Shown here: piece by piece, positions 61,201 to 64,000 of the stretch
Numbering within the stretch: position 1 is the stretch's first letter
Layout of the letters: every line of letters starts with the position of its first letter
Assembly: GCA_964187785.1 (NCBI GenBank)
Contig: OZ076409.1
Span: 97,528,001 to 97,592,000, forward strand
Direction: 5' to 3'
Origin: Amphiscolops sp. MND2022
Lineage: Eukaryota
Length of the DNA stretch: 64,000 nucleotides
The notes under the pieces: model-generated
Seen by the model: only the letters and a program-made list of their open reading frames with translations
Told to the model about the DNA's origin: nothing
Databases searched by the model: none
Translations under genes and position numbers: made by a program

Positions 61201-62059
61201 CCGTGAGGGAAGATTGTAGCGTTGACGATTGTGAATTTGTTGATTTAGTGTTATGCCAAAAGAAGAGCTCTGAGAGGTGAAAATTTGGTCTGCTTTTAAA
61301 CTAAATTTGACCATTTCGTCAGCCAAAAAAACTGAACCTCGTTTCTGATGGGCCAACGAGAATGACGTAACGATACGTCAGGTCATATGATCATTCAAAC
61401 GAAAGTATTCACTGTGTGTATTTTGCAGACAACTAAAAAATTTCGAAAAAAAAACAAATGAGGAAGGAGTCAAAAAATTTTCGAAAAAAAACAAAAATAG
61501 GAAATTTTAACGATCTCAGTGCCGAAAATTCTAAAAAAAAAAGACCCTTTGGAATTTTTTAACATTCGTTCTTTTGCAAAATATGAAACAAATTGAAGGA
61601 CTCTTTGGGGACATTAAAAATTTTCGAAAAAAGTCTAACAAAGCCGAAACGAGGGGGGAAGTCTCATAGTGCCGAAAAAAGTGAAAACCTTCTTCTTTGG
61701 AATACTTGTAAAAAAAATAAGCGCATACGCACGGGTTCGAACAGGAACCCTCTGGGTTGAAAAGCAAGCATCTTACCACGAACGCCTCTAGACCACGAAC
61801 GCCTGAACTATGCGACTTGCGGGCTGAAACGAGAGTTGTCGCCCGGAAAAAAAGTACCCGTTTAAAAATGGTCGCCTAAATGCAAGGTCAAAGGTTGGTG
61901 AAAATGCAAGCTGAGACGAAGAAGTTCGTAGGTGAAATGGAAATTTTAACTTTCACAGTTTGAACAGACAGGATGAAAAAATATCGTTGAAGGTTTCAAG
62001 TCAACAATTTCGTCCAGTTATCGTTCCAAGGATGAAATGGCAAATACAGTCCTAATATA

Positions 62060-62461
62060 CAATAGTGTTAGAGATAAACTGATCCTTTATTTGTAAAAAA
62101 AAAGAATTGGACCAAAACAAAACTAGCTCTGATTTCTGCTATAACCCAAGTTATTTGAAAATCAAATAAACATTCCAAAGTTTTCTTGGGCACTTGAAAT
62201 GTAGGTTTGCACATAATGAAGAAACTTCCTAATTTCATTTTTCATTGATTATATTTACTACTGAATTGGCATATGGGACATCATTTTGGACAATTTTGTA
62301 CCATTTGGCACCTAATTTGACATTCAATTTGTCCTTCCAATCCCTTAAATTCATGTGTAAAATTTAGAATAAACGAAATCCCGATGTAAAATGCTAGCTG
62401 TTTGCATGCAGTCCAAATCATTTCTTACAAATAAGGGTTCAGTTCTTTTCTTACACTATTG
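62060..62461. mobile_element. Tc1/mariner-type MITE; partial homologue at about 29422-29700
   Basis: TA|CAATAGTGT...ACACTATTG|TA, i.e. TIRs with a TA TSD. Confidence 0.7.
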
Positions 62462-63288
62462 TACCTGTAAATATCATTGATATCAAAACATGTTAAATCA
62501 TTCAATCAGTCGAATTTAGAAAATAGGTCTCGAACAGCAAACTTCAATTTATTGCAATTTAGCGTCATATCAGCCAATATCGAAAATACTGGTTGTATGA
62601 CTCCAGGTCGGCATTCGTCAAAACCAGCAGCTGGACTAGTAGCGGCACGTCGCTCCGCTTGGCTTCGCTCTTGCATTTAGGGCATTAGGGGTATGTGAAC
62701 ATAGCTGATTACGCTACAATAATAATTCGACGAAATCTGACATGCGTTTTCAACTTGGTGAATTCTTTTCGGTTCCAAATTTTTAGCCAATCAGATTGCA
62801 GTATAAACAAATACTCTGCTGCTTGAGATCAATTTTTGATTTTCGACTGTTTTTGATTTTCGATTGTTCGGGATTTTGGCTATTTGGGAATTCCCCGAAA
62901 TATTAACTAGAGAAATCCCATTAGTTGAGATCAAAGTTTAGGCCTTACATCGATTTCTCCTTTGATAACAAACTCATATAACAGACATAACTAAGAGATT
63001 CTACACGCTACAATTTAAGCTGGAAAGAAGTTACAACAGGTTCTGGAAAAATTTTATTTTCTGCAATAATTTAAAAACAAAATCTCAACTCATCGAGCGT
63101 AATGGAGAGGCAAATGAAGGCACATAAATTAGGGAAATACAAAAGACAATTCTGGGAAAACTGCATTATCTGAAAATGGGCATATAAAATTTATGATAAT
63201 TCAAGAGCGGGAAGCAACATAAAAGGAATCTGACTAATACATCGTCACAATTAAAAATATAATCTGCACTAGGGAGCCTTACTGTTAT

Positions 63289-63668
63289 CAGGGTTGTAAA
63301 AAACCGTTCTTTTTAGAAAAACGTCGTTTTTGAAGTCTTTTTCCAAAGCCGTTTTTCGACAATTTCTATCAAAACGCGGGGTGTGAAATACTTAAATTAT
63401 AAGTATGATGGTATACAAATTAAAAATTTCAACAAAACGCATCCAAAAGTTGAATTTCTCTGCTTTTTTAGGCAAAAGCTCAGTTTCTGAACTTTCTCGT
63501 GGGACAATTTGTGCTGATTGAGTATAGCCCATAGTACTAGATACATAGATACATGCCCAAACATAGATGTCAAGAAAGACGATCAATAAATATCGACAAA
63601 AAAACCGGCGAATTAATTCTCGAATTAAATCGCGATTTGAATCGGTGCGAATTTTTTTGACAACCCTG
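63289..63668. mobile_element. hAT-like MITE
   Basis: CAGGGTTGT...ACAACCCTG termini; degenerate 8-bp TSD ACTGTTAT / ACTGTACT. Confidence 0.6.
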
Positions 63669-64000
63669 ACTGTACTTCAGTCACAAATGAAAGTTACTCG
63701 ATTTCGATATATCAATAGAATTTATTACCTTTGAAGCCGCAAAAAAAGACAGGGGTGAACATTGATGGCACTGTATTACTGGGTTTCGACAACCATCATG
63801 AGTTTGAATTCAAATTGAAAACAACTAAACTACCAACAACTCAGTAGAGAAGTATTATGATATTCAACATCACGGTTTTGGCACCGCTATTCAGCAATTT
63901 AGCGAATTAGCGGCCGCGCAGGATTTATTAACGATTTTATTAGCGATTCAAATTAGTGGCAACTAATAGATTGTCCAAATTCAAAATTCCTCGGAAAATA

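Overview
AT-rich, repeat-dense eukaryotic genomic DNA, most likely from an invertebrate animal; the taxon cannot be fixed from the sequence. Two spliced protein-coding genes can be reconstructed on the minus strand with consistent exon phases: a 9-exon, 581-aa F-box protein (20865 to 671, one GC-AG intron) and a 5-exon, 242-aa 6-phosphogluconolactonase (42185 to 27813). The rest is mostly transposon-derived. It includes more than 20 copies of a Helentron-associated (HINE/DINE-1-like) non-autonomous family that nests in itself and often carries tRNA-like Pol III boxes, a decayed BEL/Pao LTR retrotransposon with a fold-back LTR whose 5' half is tandemly duplicated, Tc1 and hAT remnants, Merlin-like and hAT-like MITEs with target-site duplications (TSDs), tRNA-derived SINE-like heads, and a 36 x 67-bp intronic satellite with an emerging 5-mer higher-order repeat. 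There is no CRISPR array or prokaryotic system. All calls come from manual reading and no database searches were run.
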